From a virus (Duplodnaviria > Caudoviricetes): a stretch of DNA of 54,353 bases. Positions 10,897 to 20,032 of this stretch are shown in pieces. The translations under genes were made by a program, and so were the position numbers. The DNA is taken from IMG/VR virus record IMGVR_UViG_3300028706_000007, positions 1-54,353 of that record; one strand, written 5' to 3'. Position 1 is the stretch's first letter. Each line of letters begins with the position of its first letter. Under the pieces are notes generated by a model. The model did not search any database. It was not told the DNA's origin and saw only the letters and a program-made list of their open reading frames with translations.

Positions 10897-11342
10897 TTTA
10901 TAAATCCTCCGTTGATCCATTTAATAATACTAGGTTTGCGTCCAAGCCACGCATCCTCGGATGATGGGTCATCGTGATTGCTTTTATTTGCTAAAGCTGA
11001 CAACTCCTCCAAATCAAATCGGTCAAAGGCTGGATTTGTATTTCTCTGCTTCATCAATCGTTCAGCAATCAGCACCACGTAATATCCATTGTTCCAATGA
11101 TCTTCAAAATCAGTCACTATACTGCGCAATAGATTTGCGAATTCAGGCCAAATAACTTCTTCAGTCCATTCATGCTCGGCAAAATAGGAATCAGTTAAAT
11201 GTATTATCCCATCAAATTCATCTTGCTGCACCCAGTTCAATAATTCACTAACATATTCGTTATACCTTGATAATGGTATCTTGATCCTATCTTTATAGCC
11301 ATATAATGTCTCTGGATTTGTGTGTTTGCTGTATAAATTCAT
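10893..11342 (-). CDS. Hypothetical protein with shared N-terminal leader, 149 aa
   Basis: Start reassigned to ATG 11342, 2 nt after the upstream stop, giving MNLYSKHTNPETLYGYKDR. The C-terminal part is unrecognised, acidic and aromatic. Confidence 0.7.
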   Translation of the reverse strand: MNLYSKHTNPETLYGYKDRIKIPLSRYNEYVSELLNWVQQDEFDGIIHLTDSYFAEHEWTEEVIWPEFANLLRSIVTDFEDHWNNGYYVVLIAERLMKQRNTNPAFDRFDLEELSALANKSNHDDPSSEDAWLGRKPSIIKWINGGFIK

Positions 11343-11344
11343 CG

Positions 11345-11995
11345 TTATAGTGTCCTTACGAATCCTTGATATCCAACTGCATATTTTGGATCTTTCATTA
11401 TATATGGTTCGGCTTCGGGCCATCTTCCGTTTATTACCCACTTAGCATACAGATATGCAGAATATGGATCTTTCATTATATATGGTTCGGCTTCTGTCCA
11501 TTCATCTTTTATGACCTCATTAGCATACAGAAATGCAGAAGATGGATCTTTCATTATATATGGTTCGGCTTCTAGCCATCTTCCTTCTATTACATACCTA
11601 GCATAAAAATATGCATATTTTGGATCTTTCATTATATATGGCTCGGCTTCTGGCCATTCATCTTCTATTACATACTCAGCATAAAAATATGCATATTTTG
11701 GATCTTTCATTATATATGGTTCTGCTTCTGACCATCGGTTTCCCATTACCCCACCAGCATACTCATATGCATAATATGGATCTTTCATGATGTAAGGTTC
11801 TGCTTCTTTCCATCTGCCTTCTATTACATCTCTAGCATACAGAAATGCATATCCAGGATCTTTCATTATATATGGTTCTGCTTCTTTCCAGTTACCTGTT
11901 AGTCTTGCTTCTTCATATGCGAATGATGGGATTTCAAACCTATCTTTATAGCCATATAATGTCTCTGGGTTTGTGTGTTTGCTGTATAAATTCAT
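11345..11995 (-). CDS. 26-aa tandem-repeat (helical solenoid-like) protein with shared N-terminal leader, 216 aa
   Basis: MNLYSKHTNPETLYGYKDR followed by 7 units of WxEAEPYIMKDPxxAxxYAxxVxxxx, the last degenerate. ATGA overlap with the gp25-like stop. Confidence 0.8.
   Translation of the reverse strand: MNLYSKHTNPETLYGYKDRFEIPSFAYEEARLTGNWKEAEPYIMKDPGYAFLYARDVIEGRWKEAEPYIMKDPYYAYEYAGGVMGNRWSEAEPYIMKDPKYAYFYAEYVIEDEWPEAEPYIMKDPKYAYFYARYVIEGRWLEAEPYIMKDPSSAFLYANEVIKDEWTEAEPYIMKDPYSAYLYAKWVINGRWPEAEPYIMKDPKYAVGYQGFVRTL
11380..11890. repeat. 78-bp coding tandem repeat, 7 units
   Basis: A GGATCTTTCAT-containing core recurs at 78-bp spacing (about 11388, 11466, 11544, 11622, 11700, 11778, 11856). 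Confidence 0.9.
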
Positions 11996-12366
11996 CGGAC
12001 TATAGCATCCCCGGAATCTTGGTCAAACAACACCCTAATCTGTTCTGTATCAACCCCAGGAAGTATTATTACATCCAACGATAACACCATCCCATTATGC
12101 TGTGAATGATAATTAACGTCCTCTAACACAATCCTCGGATCAGTGTTAATCAACCGTTCAATTTCCGAAGTTACTCTTCGTTCAACATCAACCGTATTAG
12201 GTTCAAACAAGTAGTTCCATATAGTCGTACCGTATTCTGGCTTACCAGGTAATTCTCCTTCTCTGATATTCAACATATTAGTTAAATTACGAACCACTAA
12301 CTCTCTATCAGTCAATGTAAATTTTTTGTGTTTGCTTATTGTGCTGAAACCTTTATACATATTCAT
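11992..12366 (-). CDS. Baseplate wedge subunit (T4 gp25-like), 124 aa
   Basis: LVVRNLTNMLNIREGELPGKPEYGTTIWNYLFEP...DPRI matches the gp25/GPW pattern (GERxxxPxFG...LFE...EPRI). Confidence 0.9.
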   Translation of the reverse strand: MNMYKGFSTISKHKKFTLTDRELVVRNLTNMLNIREGELPGKPEYGTTIWNYLFEPNTVDVERRVTSEIERLINTDPRIVLEDVNYHSQHNGMVLSLDVIILPGVDTEQIRVLFDQDSGDAIVR

Positions 12367-12372
12367 ACTTAT

Positions 12373-13320
12373 TTAATTGAAATTAATATTATTGGGCCGA
12401 ATGGATTGAATCACATTCGTATCATGTTCTAGTAAAATATTAACAGGGATGTAATTAGTTGGCAAGTATAACACCAAAGTACGATCAGCTGCCACGGTGA
12501 TATTATCAGCAGTCATTGAATTAGTATCAATCGCATCAATGTACCGCCTATCATACTGCACAAATCCAGTTGTTCTTTTGGAATTAAGTTTATTATGTGG
12601 TTTTACTATAGTTGTCATCTCATATGGCGGAATCATATGGTCTTCGTTCATAACTAGGTTTTCACACATAGATATATCTAAAAACCCATTTATCGTTAAA
12701 TTAGATATAGGTGGTGATACTATTGTCGCATATGGAGAATGTCCAAATCCTATGGGAACACACCTATTCTCTTCAACATTGTATTGTTCATACCCGACAA
12801 TACATCCGTCTGTGTCAAATACCGGATTAATAACTTCCTCGTATATTACCCCTGGTATTAATCTACTGCTATAAATCTCAGGCGGATATTCTTTTAATCT
12901 TACCAATGAAGTGTTAGATGCATCCAGATACCCATTAACTTCGTCTAAATTATATGGCAACGAGGATATATGATCGCACCCAGATATATCTAAGTACCCA
13001 TCAAACTTCAACGATGTAGGTATTTGCTCAATTAAGGTATTGGATAAATTTAAATATCCATTCACCACCAAATTCTCAGGCAATGCTCTAATCGGTACAT
13101 ATCTTAAATTTAGACCACCATTTATCGTTAAATCACATGGCAATGATTTAATCGATGTGCCAGTCAAATTTAAATCCCCATCAACAGTCAACCCTTCGGG
13201 TGCTGTGCCATGTATTATCATATTAACTATATCCGATGAATCAGATGTAGGTTCTGCTGTTTCAAGGGGGTCACTGATTACTAATTCTGAATTCCATAAC
13301 CTTTTTATTTTTAGACTCAT
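12373..13320 (-). CDS. Leucine-rich-repeat-like protein in the baseplate operon, ~315 aa
   Basis: Likely start is ATG 13320 (MSLKIKR), 1 nt after the gp5-like stop. Repeats IKSLPCDLTINGGLNLRYVP / IRALPENLVVNGYLNLSNTL / IEQIPTSLKFDGYLDISGCD. Confidence 0.7.
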   Translation of the reverse strand: MSLKIKRLWNSELVISDPLETAEPTSDSSDIVNMIIHGTAPEGLTVDGDLNLTGTSIKSLPCDLTINGGLNLRYVPIRALPENLVVNGYLNLSNTLIEQIPTSLKFDGYLDISGCDHISSLPYNLDEVNGYLDASNTSLVRLKEYPPEIYSSRLIPGVIYEEVINPVFDTDGCIVGYEQYNVEENRCVPIGFGHSPYATIVSPPISNLTINGFLDISMCENLVMNEDHMIPPYEMTTIVKPHNKLNSKRTTGFVQYDRRYIDAIDTNSMTADNITVAADRTLVLYLPTNYIPVNILLEHDTNVIQSIRPNNINFN

Positions 13321-13321
13321 T

Positions 13322-14695
13322 TCAATACTCCGGCGGTGGTACTTTGCCATTATTTATTATATTTACTATTTCTTCATCAATAGCAGTTCGTGGGAATTGT
13401 TTCCTAACATCAATGCCACTACGATCCCCATACGGCTCGTGAGTCGGCGCTTTGGTAACAATACTATCAATCTTTTCAGGATCAGATACCCATTTTTTGT
13501 CATATTTCACATCAGCAAACTTCGTGAGCGGGATCGACGCAACAGATAATGTAGGTGCATCTTGCCAATCAATCCTTGGTGCTACAACCGCATAATTCCC
13601 GCCAGCGTTGGTAGTTGTTTGTCCACCAGAAACGGTAGCAATAGTGCCATCACTCTTTACACCTATCTTCATCGTTGATTCAATCGTCACTGACTCTTTG
13701 CCTTTTATATTAAAATCTCTGCCAGCATACATATTAATATCATCCTCTGCATGTAAATTAATACTCCCCTCCGTCCGAACATTCACACTATTAGAACTAT
13801 ATAAATCAACAGTTCCTTCTTTGCCAAATTCTAACCACGATTGTCCATTAGCATGCGTAATATAAAAAGTATCACCATCATCACTCATCGTGATTTGATG
13901 CCCTTTGCTAGTTCTAATGCGAATATGCTGACTCTTGCCCTCTAAATCCCCATCATCCATCACAAAAGTGTGTCCTCCACGTCTACCAATGACTTTCATA
14001 TCATCCAATTCAACTGTATCAGATTCTAATTCCTTTTTAATCTCGTTGTCTTTGTACCCAGCAGCATATACTGGTCTGCCGGGTGTGCTTATACCATAAA
14101 CGGTACTTGGACTCTCTCGTTGGGCAGAAGAGTTAATCGGCCCACGAATCGCATCATCTTCCAAACCCTGTTGATGCATTGTTGACTCAACAGATGTATG
14201 CTTTGGCTTTTCTAAATCATAAAATCTCGGATCTTCATTCATCTCCTTGTTTTTATGGTTTATCGTGGTTTCATTATTAGCAATACCAGGAACCATATTC
14301 AATAATTCAACAGATGGGATACATCCTACATAATACCCATAGTTTGGATCACCGTTCACGAAAAAACACAATACCTTTATACCAACATCAGGAGGTGTAA
14401 ACCACATCCCATACGAATTACTGTTACCAGGATATGTGCCAACATCCTCAGTTGTTCCTGAATGGGGTGTTTCCCCATAGAACGGAGACATATAACTCAC
14501 CGTCCTCCATCCAGTTGGGTCTTTTTTATCTAATTTACTGAACCCTTCTATGTATACTTGCAATCGTCCTGCACGAACTGGATCATTGTTATACATTACT
14601 TCGGCTATAAATGGACCACGATCAGACAATGATGCATTGCTATCGGTTCTAAATACACGCCCCCCACCTTTATTACTTGCTATATTATCTGGCAT
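13322..14695 (-). CDS. Baseplate central spike (T4 gp5/VgrG-like OB-fold plus beta-helix, no lysozyme domain seen), 457 aa
   Basis: NNDPVRAGRLQVYI...YGMWFTPPDVGIKVLCFFVNGDPNYGYYVG (gp5 OB-fold pattern), then GHTFVMDD...RTSKGHQITMSD and beta-helix-like repeats. Confidence 0.85.
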   Translation of the reverse strand: MPDNIASNKGGGRVFRTDSNASLSDRGPFIAEVMYNNDPVRAGRLQVYIEGFSKLDKKDPTGWRTVSYMSPFYGETPHSGTTEDVGTYPGNSNSYGMWFTPPDVGIKVLCFFVNGDPNYGYYVGCIPSVELLNMVPGIANNETTINHKNKEMNEDPRFYDLEKPKHTSVESTMHQQGLEDDAIRGPINSSAQRESPSTVYGISTPGRPVYAAGYKDNEIKKELESDTVELDDMKVIGRRGGHTFVMDDGDLEGKSQHIRIRTSKGHQITMSDDGDTFYITHANGQSWLEFGKEGTVDLYSSNSVNVRTEGSINLHAEDDINMYAGRDFNIKGKESVTIESTMKIGVKSDGTIATVSGGQTTTNAGGNYAVVAPRIDWQDAPTLSVASIPLTKFADVKYDKKWVSDPEKIDSIVTKAPTHEPYGDRSGIDVRKQFPRTAIDEEIVNIINNGKVPPPEY

Positions 14696-17193
14696 TAGTC
14701 ATCTTTTACCTGTTGTGCTTCGTATCTTGCATCTTCTTCATCTTCCCGTTGTTCTCTTGTTAACTGATTCTCTAGATGTGTTGTTACTAAATCCTGTGTT
14801 ATTATCCTAGCTTCGTCTGCTGTTTTAGGATCAGAAGCATGATCACCCCAATGAACCGTTCCGTCAGCATCAGTAGTAGTTATAGTGAATGAGTTCTTCT
14901 CTGCTGATTGCTTCTCTAATTGGTCAGCCGTGGGGAATAACATCAATGTTCCTTCCAATGATTGTGTGAACTTACCACTCGCAAACTTACTAGTGATTAT
15001 ATTCGCCCTGTATATTAAACTCATTCTACTTTCACCAGGAATACCACTTCCTACCTGCCTACCATAGTTATCCTTGCCTACCTCTGCCAACCCATTCATT
15101 GCATTATAGTCAGTATTGGTGTTGTAATTTATGGAAAATAATACTTCCGATGCATCATAGTTCACTGATCCATCTTGCATAAATGGGCCTAAACCAACCT
15201 CTTCTAATGCTACATGTGGACTATAAAAAACTTCACTTTGGGCAATCCAATCTGGATCACCAACTATATCTATCTTCGCATTTGCTTGGTCACTAGGACT
15301 ATACAAAATACTTGCTGCATTATCTGCTGATTTATTACTTCCACCTTTGCCACCAATAGAACCTTCTGCATCACCAGGTAAATAGTACCGTTTTGTCAAT
15401 TCCCTTGCATTATTCTGGCGTACTACAACTGGTTCTTGTGCACCCATCGTTTGAAAATACAAATAATTGTATTCCTGTTCAAAGTTTAATACTTCTGTAT
15501 TTTTACCAGTAAACCAATAATCATACGATTTATGAACTCCTCTATAGGTAGAGGGCGAGAAGTTTTCTGCTTTTATATCATTTACAAAATATCGAGTAAC
15601 AACATATGTTATCTTGTATGCATAATCATGCCGTTTGTTATCATATTCCAATGGAACTATCTGTGTTCTAATTTTGAACCACTGAAATACCCCACCTGGT
15701 TTTTGTTTTAATGCTTTTCCTTCCTCGTCAATTATAACAGTTTGTTGATTAGATATATATGTGCTTGTTCTAACTGCTAGGTCAATGAATTCAGCAATCT
15801 TCATCCCAGCTGGGACTGAGAATACTTTTTTGTCGTTATTTACAAACTTCTTAGACTCCATATACTTGTCAATTGCACGTTCATTATAATAATTATTCTG
15901 CATCGGTGTATTTTCTAGCCCCCCCAGGTTTGCCACCGATTCATTAGCTATTGAATATCCATCACCCGTCTCTTCAAATTTTATTTCATAAACGTTAGCA
16001 TGTTCAACCACCATTGTTTCAACTAGTCGCTTCTGCTCTGCATTCAATGCACCAACTAACCCTCGTGTCACAATTTTATCTGTCGCTTTCACGGGCGGGG
16101 TTGTTGAATTGCCATTTAATGCATCAGCAACTAATAAGGTATCACCACCAAACAATTGGTTTAGTGTTTGCCCTTCTAACTCAACATTAAACAATATACT
16201 AGCGTTAGCAACATTATTTGGCAAATGTGTTTGTGGACACACAGCCCTACATTGATAATCAACTAACCCATTATTAATAGCAAATTTAATCTCAGTAAAT
16301 TGGAATGGTATGAATTTCTCTGACACCGTTGACGAATCAGTAGTATCAGTGGCCATTCCTAAATCCTTTGCACTTAATGCATTCCCTTGTTCATCATACC
16401 CGTAAAACCTAACCACCATTAAGTAGTTTTGCGATGCATAATTAATTCTATCCACACTAACACCCTTGACAATGTTATAATCTTGAACCATCTTATGCAA
16501 CCGATCCAAGAATGATAACCCATTGGGTTCAGTAATTTTAAAACTCATCTCAAAGGTATTATGCGCTGAACCAGTAGATGTGCCAGATACTAACCCTTTG
16601 AATTCAATATCATCCACATAAAAATCCAAATCAAACGCTGAACTTCTTACTGCGCCGAAATTACTGGTTGGGTCAGTATTGTTTATTCCACCACTCTGTA
16701 ATATTAAAGGCAATCCCTTTACTGATTTCTTCCCTGTGGATATCATTTGTGCATATTCTTGTGCACCCATCATATACATACTGACGGAGTAAGTATATGA
16801 TCCAAATTTCTTAAATGGGTTCTCTTTTGCTGATATTTTTTCTTTAAACTCACCAGCTATCACTGTCCCATTAGCAGTTGTCTCATCTTTAACCGACACA
16901 GGTTCTTCTTTATTTGGTATAGTAGGTGATTCAGTGCCTGTATTACTAGTTCCGGCCCCATCTACATTCATAGTAGAGGATGGTGGGATTGCATTATCTA
17001 TATTGGGGATGTTTGCGTTTGAAGAGAACCTTCCATTTGACGGAAGTTCAATTTTCATTCCTGTGCCAGGCAACTTAGCCAATGCATCTGATATCTGTTT
17101 GGGTGGGAGTTCTGGCTTTTGTGTATTCGCCTTATCTAACAACGCTTTCTGTGCATCGAATACTATCTTACCTGCGCTATTCAAAACTGACAT
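14695..17193 (-). CDS. Probable baseplate hub protein (gp27-like position), 832 aa
   Basis: TAATG coupling to the gp5-like gene. Motifs FKITEPNGLSFLD, IDIVGDPDWI and C-terminal ITSKFASGKFTQSL are typical of hub/late-control-D-like proteins. Confidence 0.6.
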   Translation of the reverse strand: MSVLNSAGKIVFDAQKALLDKANTQKPELPPKQISDALAKLPGTGMKIELPSNGRFSSNANIPNIDNAIPPSSTMNVDGAGTSNTGTESPTIPNKEEPVSVKDETTANGTVIAGEFKEKISAKENPFKKFGSYTYSVSMYMMGAQEYAQMISTGKKSVKGLPLILQSGGINNTDPTSNFGAVRSSAFDLDFYVDDIEFKGLVSGTSTGSAHNTFEMSFKITEPNGLSFLDRLHKMVQDYNIVKGVSVDRINYASQNYLMVVRFYGYDEQGNALSAKDLGMATDTTDSSTVSEKFIPFQFTEIKFAINNGLVDYQCRAVCPQTHLPNNVANASILFNVELEGQTLNQLFGGDTLLVADALNGNSTTPPVKATDKIVTRGLVGALNAEQKRLVETMVVEHANVYEIKFEETGDGYSIANESVANLGGLENTPMQNNYYNERAIDKYMESKKFVNNDKKVFSVPAGMKIAEFIDLAVRTSTYISNQQTVIIDEEGKALKQKPGGVFQWFKIRTQIVPLEYDNKRHDYAYKITYVVTRYFVNDIKAENFSPSTYRGVHKSYDYWFTGKNTEVLNFEQEYNYLYFQTMGAQEPVVVRQNNARELTKRYYLPGDAEGSIGGKGGSNKSADNAASILYSPSDQANAKIDIVGDPDWIAQSEVFYSPHVALEEVGLGPFMQDGSVNYDASEVLFSINYNTNTDYNAMNGLAEVGKDNYGRQVGSGIPGESRMSLIYRANIITSKFASGKFTQSLEGTLMLFPTADQLEKQSAEKNSFTITTTDADGTVHWGDHASDPKTADEARIITQDLVTTHLENQLTREQREDEEDARYEAQQVKDD

Positions 17194-17194
17194 A

Positions 17195-17488
17195 TTAGAA
17201 TCCCAATGTCTCTTTTAATATTGTCAATTGTGGCAATCTTATACTAGTGCCCTGTTTAAAATCAAATAACGGGTCTTTTAATGTATTTGGATTTCTTTGT
17301 GCGAATACCCACCACAGTTCTGAATCATTGTATAAATCATATGCCAATAAATCAGGTCTTAAATTATAAGTCTCATTGATCTCAAACAACCTATCATCTG
17401 GTCTTTTGGGAATTGGTCTATTTACTAGCATATCCAAATGATTTCCTCTTATTGAGGTATCAAAATACAGGCTTGTTGTGTTATACAT
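17195..17488 (-). CDS. Baseplate wedge protein (gp53/LysM-like), 97 aa
   Basis: RPDLLAYDLYNDSELWWVFAQRNPN...GTSIRLP is the gp53/LysM-like signature. Confidence 0.85.
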   Translation of the reverse strand: MYNTTSLYFDTSIRGNHLDMLVNRPIPKRPDDRLFEINETYNLRPDLLAYDLYNDSELWWVFAQRNPNTLKDPLFDFKQGTSIRLPQLTILKETLGF

Positions 17489-19911
17489 TAATAGAATCCT
17501 CTCTTTAATAATTCACCAGTGCCATATTTGTCCATACTATACTGATTACTTACTTGATCTCTTGTTTGTATAGGCAATAAGTTAAATGATACCTCCAATT
17601 TAGTAGGAACCCTTGATACACCTTGATTTCCTCTTCTCCTACCCTTTATTGTCATAGTACCACCCCCACTGTCCATTGCTGTCGGTGTAGCACCAGGTTC
17701 TAGATCAGCTTGCCATAACCTAGAGATTTTACTACTCCATGATTGATGTCCTGTAGGTTTTGACTCATTATTCATCGTAAATGGGTCTGTATCCGCACCT
17801 AGTCGTCCACCAACGCTTGCCTTGATATAATCTACATCATCAGGTAAGTTATAGTTCATAAGCGACACAACACACGGGTGTTCGTTAAACTGATGTTCCC
17901 CTAATCCTCTTAAAAACACCAATGGAGGTGGTGAACCTCTGTTTGGGTTTCCAGCGTCTTGTCCATAGAACATCTTAGTACATGATCTTAAAAAATGGAT
18001 TACTGCCAATATATAGTTTGCTTCTTTGGTATCTTGTGCTGTGAATGTTGCATTAATCAGCATTTCACCAGGATAACTATTTTGGTAGAAATATCCTCGG
18101 TAATTGCTATGTGTTAAATCATACTGATTGTATGTAGCATGATAAATTGTATCAATTTTAGGGACATATGGGAATATAACACCATCCGTAGCCCTCAATG
18201 GTTCTAATATACCAGCATCCCCAGCTTTATTGTAAAGGTATTCTGCTTGTGGTGCTAAACTCAGTCTAACACGCCAATCATTGGTTGATTTGTTGCTTGC
18301 TTTTGCACGCCTTGCTGAATATACATCTTTTGGTATAGGGGCAGGAGGTGGTTCTTGATAATCTTCCCCAGATTTGTCTTTCCGCACGCAATAACCAGCC
18401 TCATCATCATATCTCTCATCCTTTGTGCAGCCAAATTCAGTCATATCTAATGTGTTTGGCACACATGACAAATCTTCTTCAGACCAATAATACCCAACTT
18501 CACACCCATCAGCATCCACTTCGGGTGGTATAGGTTCACCATTATCCCAATTGGCTGGTATATCGTCTTTTGGTACATATTCACCCAAATCATCATCGTA
18601 TACCATATTAGGATCATTTTCAGGCAATAACGGTTCAGGTTCGCCATTATCCCAATTGTCTGGTTGATCGCCAATAGGTTCATATTCACCAGTGGCATCA
18701 TCATATACCATATTAGGATCATCTTCTGGGGATAGTTTTGGTTCCCTTCTTGGATCATCCAATGCCATTTCGTCCACTGGTTTATATTCACCATCCCCTT
18801 CATCAAAATATAAATTAGGATCATCTGCTTCTGAAACTAACTCATCATGTGATGTTATCGTGGTTTCTGTTCTTTTTGTTACACCTGCCCATCTTGGGTC
18901 ATCCTGTGCTAATTCATCATAGGTGACTTCTTCGCCCATATCATCTACAAATGTCGAATTACCATCTTCATCTCTATAAACATTTTCTGTTTTGGTACTA
19001 TATACGGTGTTTGTTGATCTATCTTCCAAGCCAGGTTGTGTTAGATCAATGGATTCACCCGCCTCAGTAAATGTTACATGTTCAAACTCAGGCACAGAAT
19101 CAACTGCATATGACGAAGATGATACTGGTGATAAGGCAACATCAGTCGCATATGCAGTTGATCCATCTTCATATTGCACAACTTCCTTCCCAGTGTTCCT
19201 CTCTACCCTAGAACCCACTATCGTTCTGCCATCAACTGTTGTGCGATTCGCTTGGTCATTGGGGTTTACGCTGTGGTATACGGTTGACCCATCGTTCTTA
19301 GTTTCAACCCACGCGCCAGTATTTCTATCTCTGACAACATTGTACACCGGAGTGGTGACTGCCTCTTGCAATGGAGGGGTATTGCTAGGTGTGCTAGAAA
19401 ATTCCCGTTGGTGTACAGCGGGTGCATCAGTTGATGGGGTTACATCAGGCTGTATATTTACTGGTGTGGCTGTCAATACTTTAGTAGTAGTAGGCTGACC
19501 AACCATATTTTTATTAATATCATATGAGGTTTCAGTCCATTTAGTTTCAACCTCTTGTGATTTATATGCGTTTGATTCTGCCTTCAGTTGTTGCCTACCC
19601 ATATCCTGGTATACCGGGTCTCGCAACAGTGCTTGTTTCGTCCCCCCATCCCCGATAAAATCGGCACGATATTGCAGCTTCTCAACCGCTATATTATCTG
19701 CGTGTGATTGCCATTCAATACTAGTATCGGTATCAATATGTTCAGTGCCGTGTGTGGTTGTTATTGATCCACCACCTGATACCGTTTCAGACACATTACT
19801 AACTACTGGGGACACACTGTTTTTTCCTTCTTTCCACTCAGCATATTCCATCGAACTGAATCCGCTTGCTCCAGTTTCTTGCATAAATTGTTCTACGGAT
19901 GTATCAGACAT
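17488..19911 (-). CDS. Probable tail tube initiator/baseplate protein with long acidic N-terminal extension, 807 aa
   Basis: The C-terminal ~270 aa (DWRVRLSL...GVIFPYVPKI...HFLRSCTKMFYG...PPPLVFLRGLGEHQFNEHPCVV...VPTKLEVSFNLLP) resembles the tube/gp48-54 fold. It is coupled by TAATG to the gp53-like gene. Confidence 0.6.
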   Translation of the reverse strand: MSDTSVEQFMQETGASGFSSMEYAEWKEGKNSVSPVVSNVSETVSGGGSITTTHGTEHIDTDTSIEWQSHADNIAVEKLQYRADFIGDGGTKQALLRDPVYQDMGRQQLKAESNAYKSQEVETKWTETSYDINKNMVGQPTTTKVLTATPVNIQPDVTPSTDAPAVHQREFSSTPSNTPPLQEAVTTPVYNVVRDRNTGAWVETKNDGSTVYHSVNPNDQANRTTVDGRTIVGSRVERNTGKEVVQYEDGSTAYATDVALSPVSSSSYAVDSVPEFEHVTFTEAGESIDLTQPGLEDRSTNTVYSTKTENVYRDEDGNSTFVDDMGEEVTYDELAQDDPRWAGVTKRTETTITSHDELVSEADDPNLYFDEGDGEYKPVDEMALDDPRREPKLSPEDDPNMVYDDATGEYEPIGDQPDNWDNGEPEPLLPENDPNMVYDDDLGEYVPKDDIPANWDNGEPIPPEVDADGCEVGYYWSEEDLSCVPNTLDMTEFGCTKDERYDDEAGYCVRKDKSGEDYQEPPPAPIPKDVYSARRAKASNKSTNDWRVRLSLAPQAEYLYNKAGDAGILEPLRATDGVIFPYVPKIDTIYHATYNQYDLTHSNYRGYFYQNSYPGEMLINATFTAQDTKEANYILAVIHFLRSCTKMFYGQDAGNPNRGSPPPLVFLRGLGEHQFNEHPCVVSLMNYNLPDDVDYIKASVGGRLGADTDPFTMNNESKPTGHQSWSSKISRLWQADLEPGATPTAMDSGGGTMTIKGRRRGNQGVSRVPTKLEVSFNLLPIQTRDQVSNQYSMDKYGTGELLKRGFY

Positions 19912-19976
19912 ATAATTATTCCCATTTATAGCATATTTAGCAACATCATAATATACCTACTTAATCAAATAAATAG

Positions 19977-20005
19977 TTGACTATAAAGCAAAATAAATGT
20001 ATAAT
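19977..20005 (+). promoter_or_regulatory. Sigma70-type promoter for the late sigma factor gene
   Basis: TTGACT (19977-19982), 17-nt spacer, TATAAT (20000-20005). Confidence 0.8.
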
Positions 20006-20032
20006 ATGTACGATATTCACAAGGAGAGGACA

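Noticed and set aside
11380-11890. CRISPR-like pattern of conserved ~30-bp blocks separated by variable sequence
   Set aside because: The period is exactly 78 bp (26 codons) inside an open frame, the 'spacers' are homologous to each other, and no cas genes are visible.
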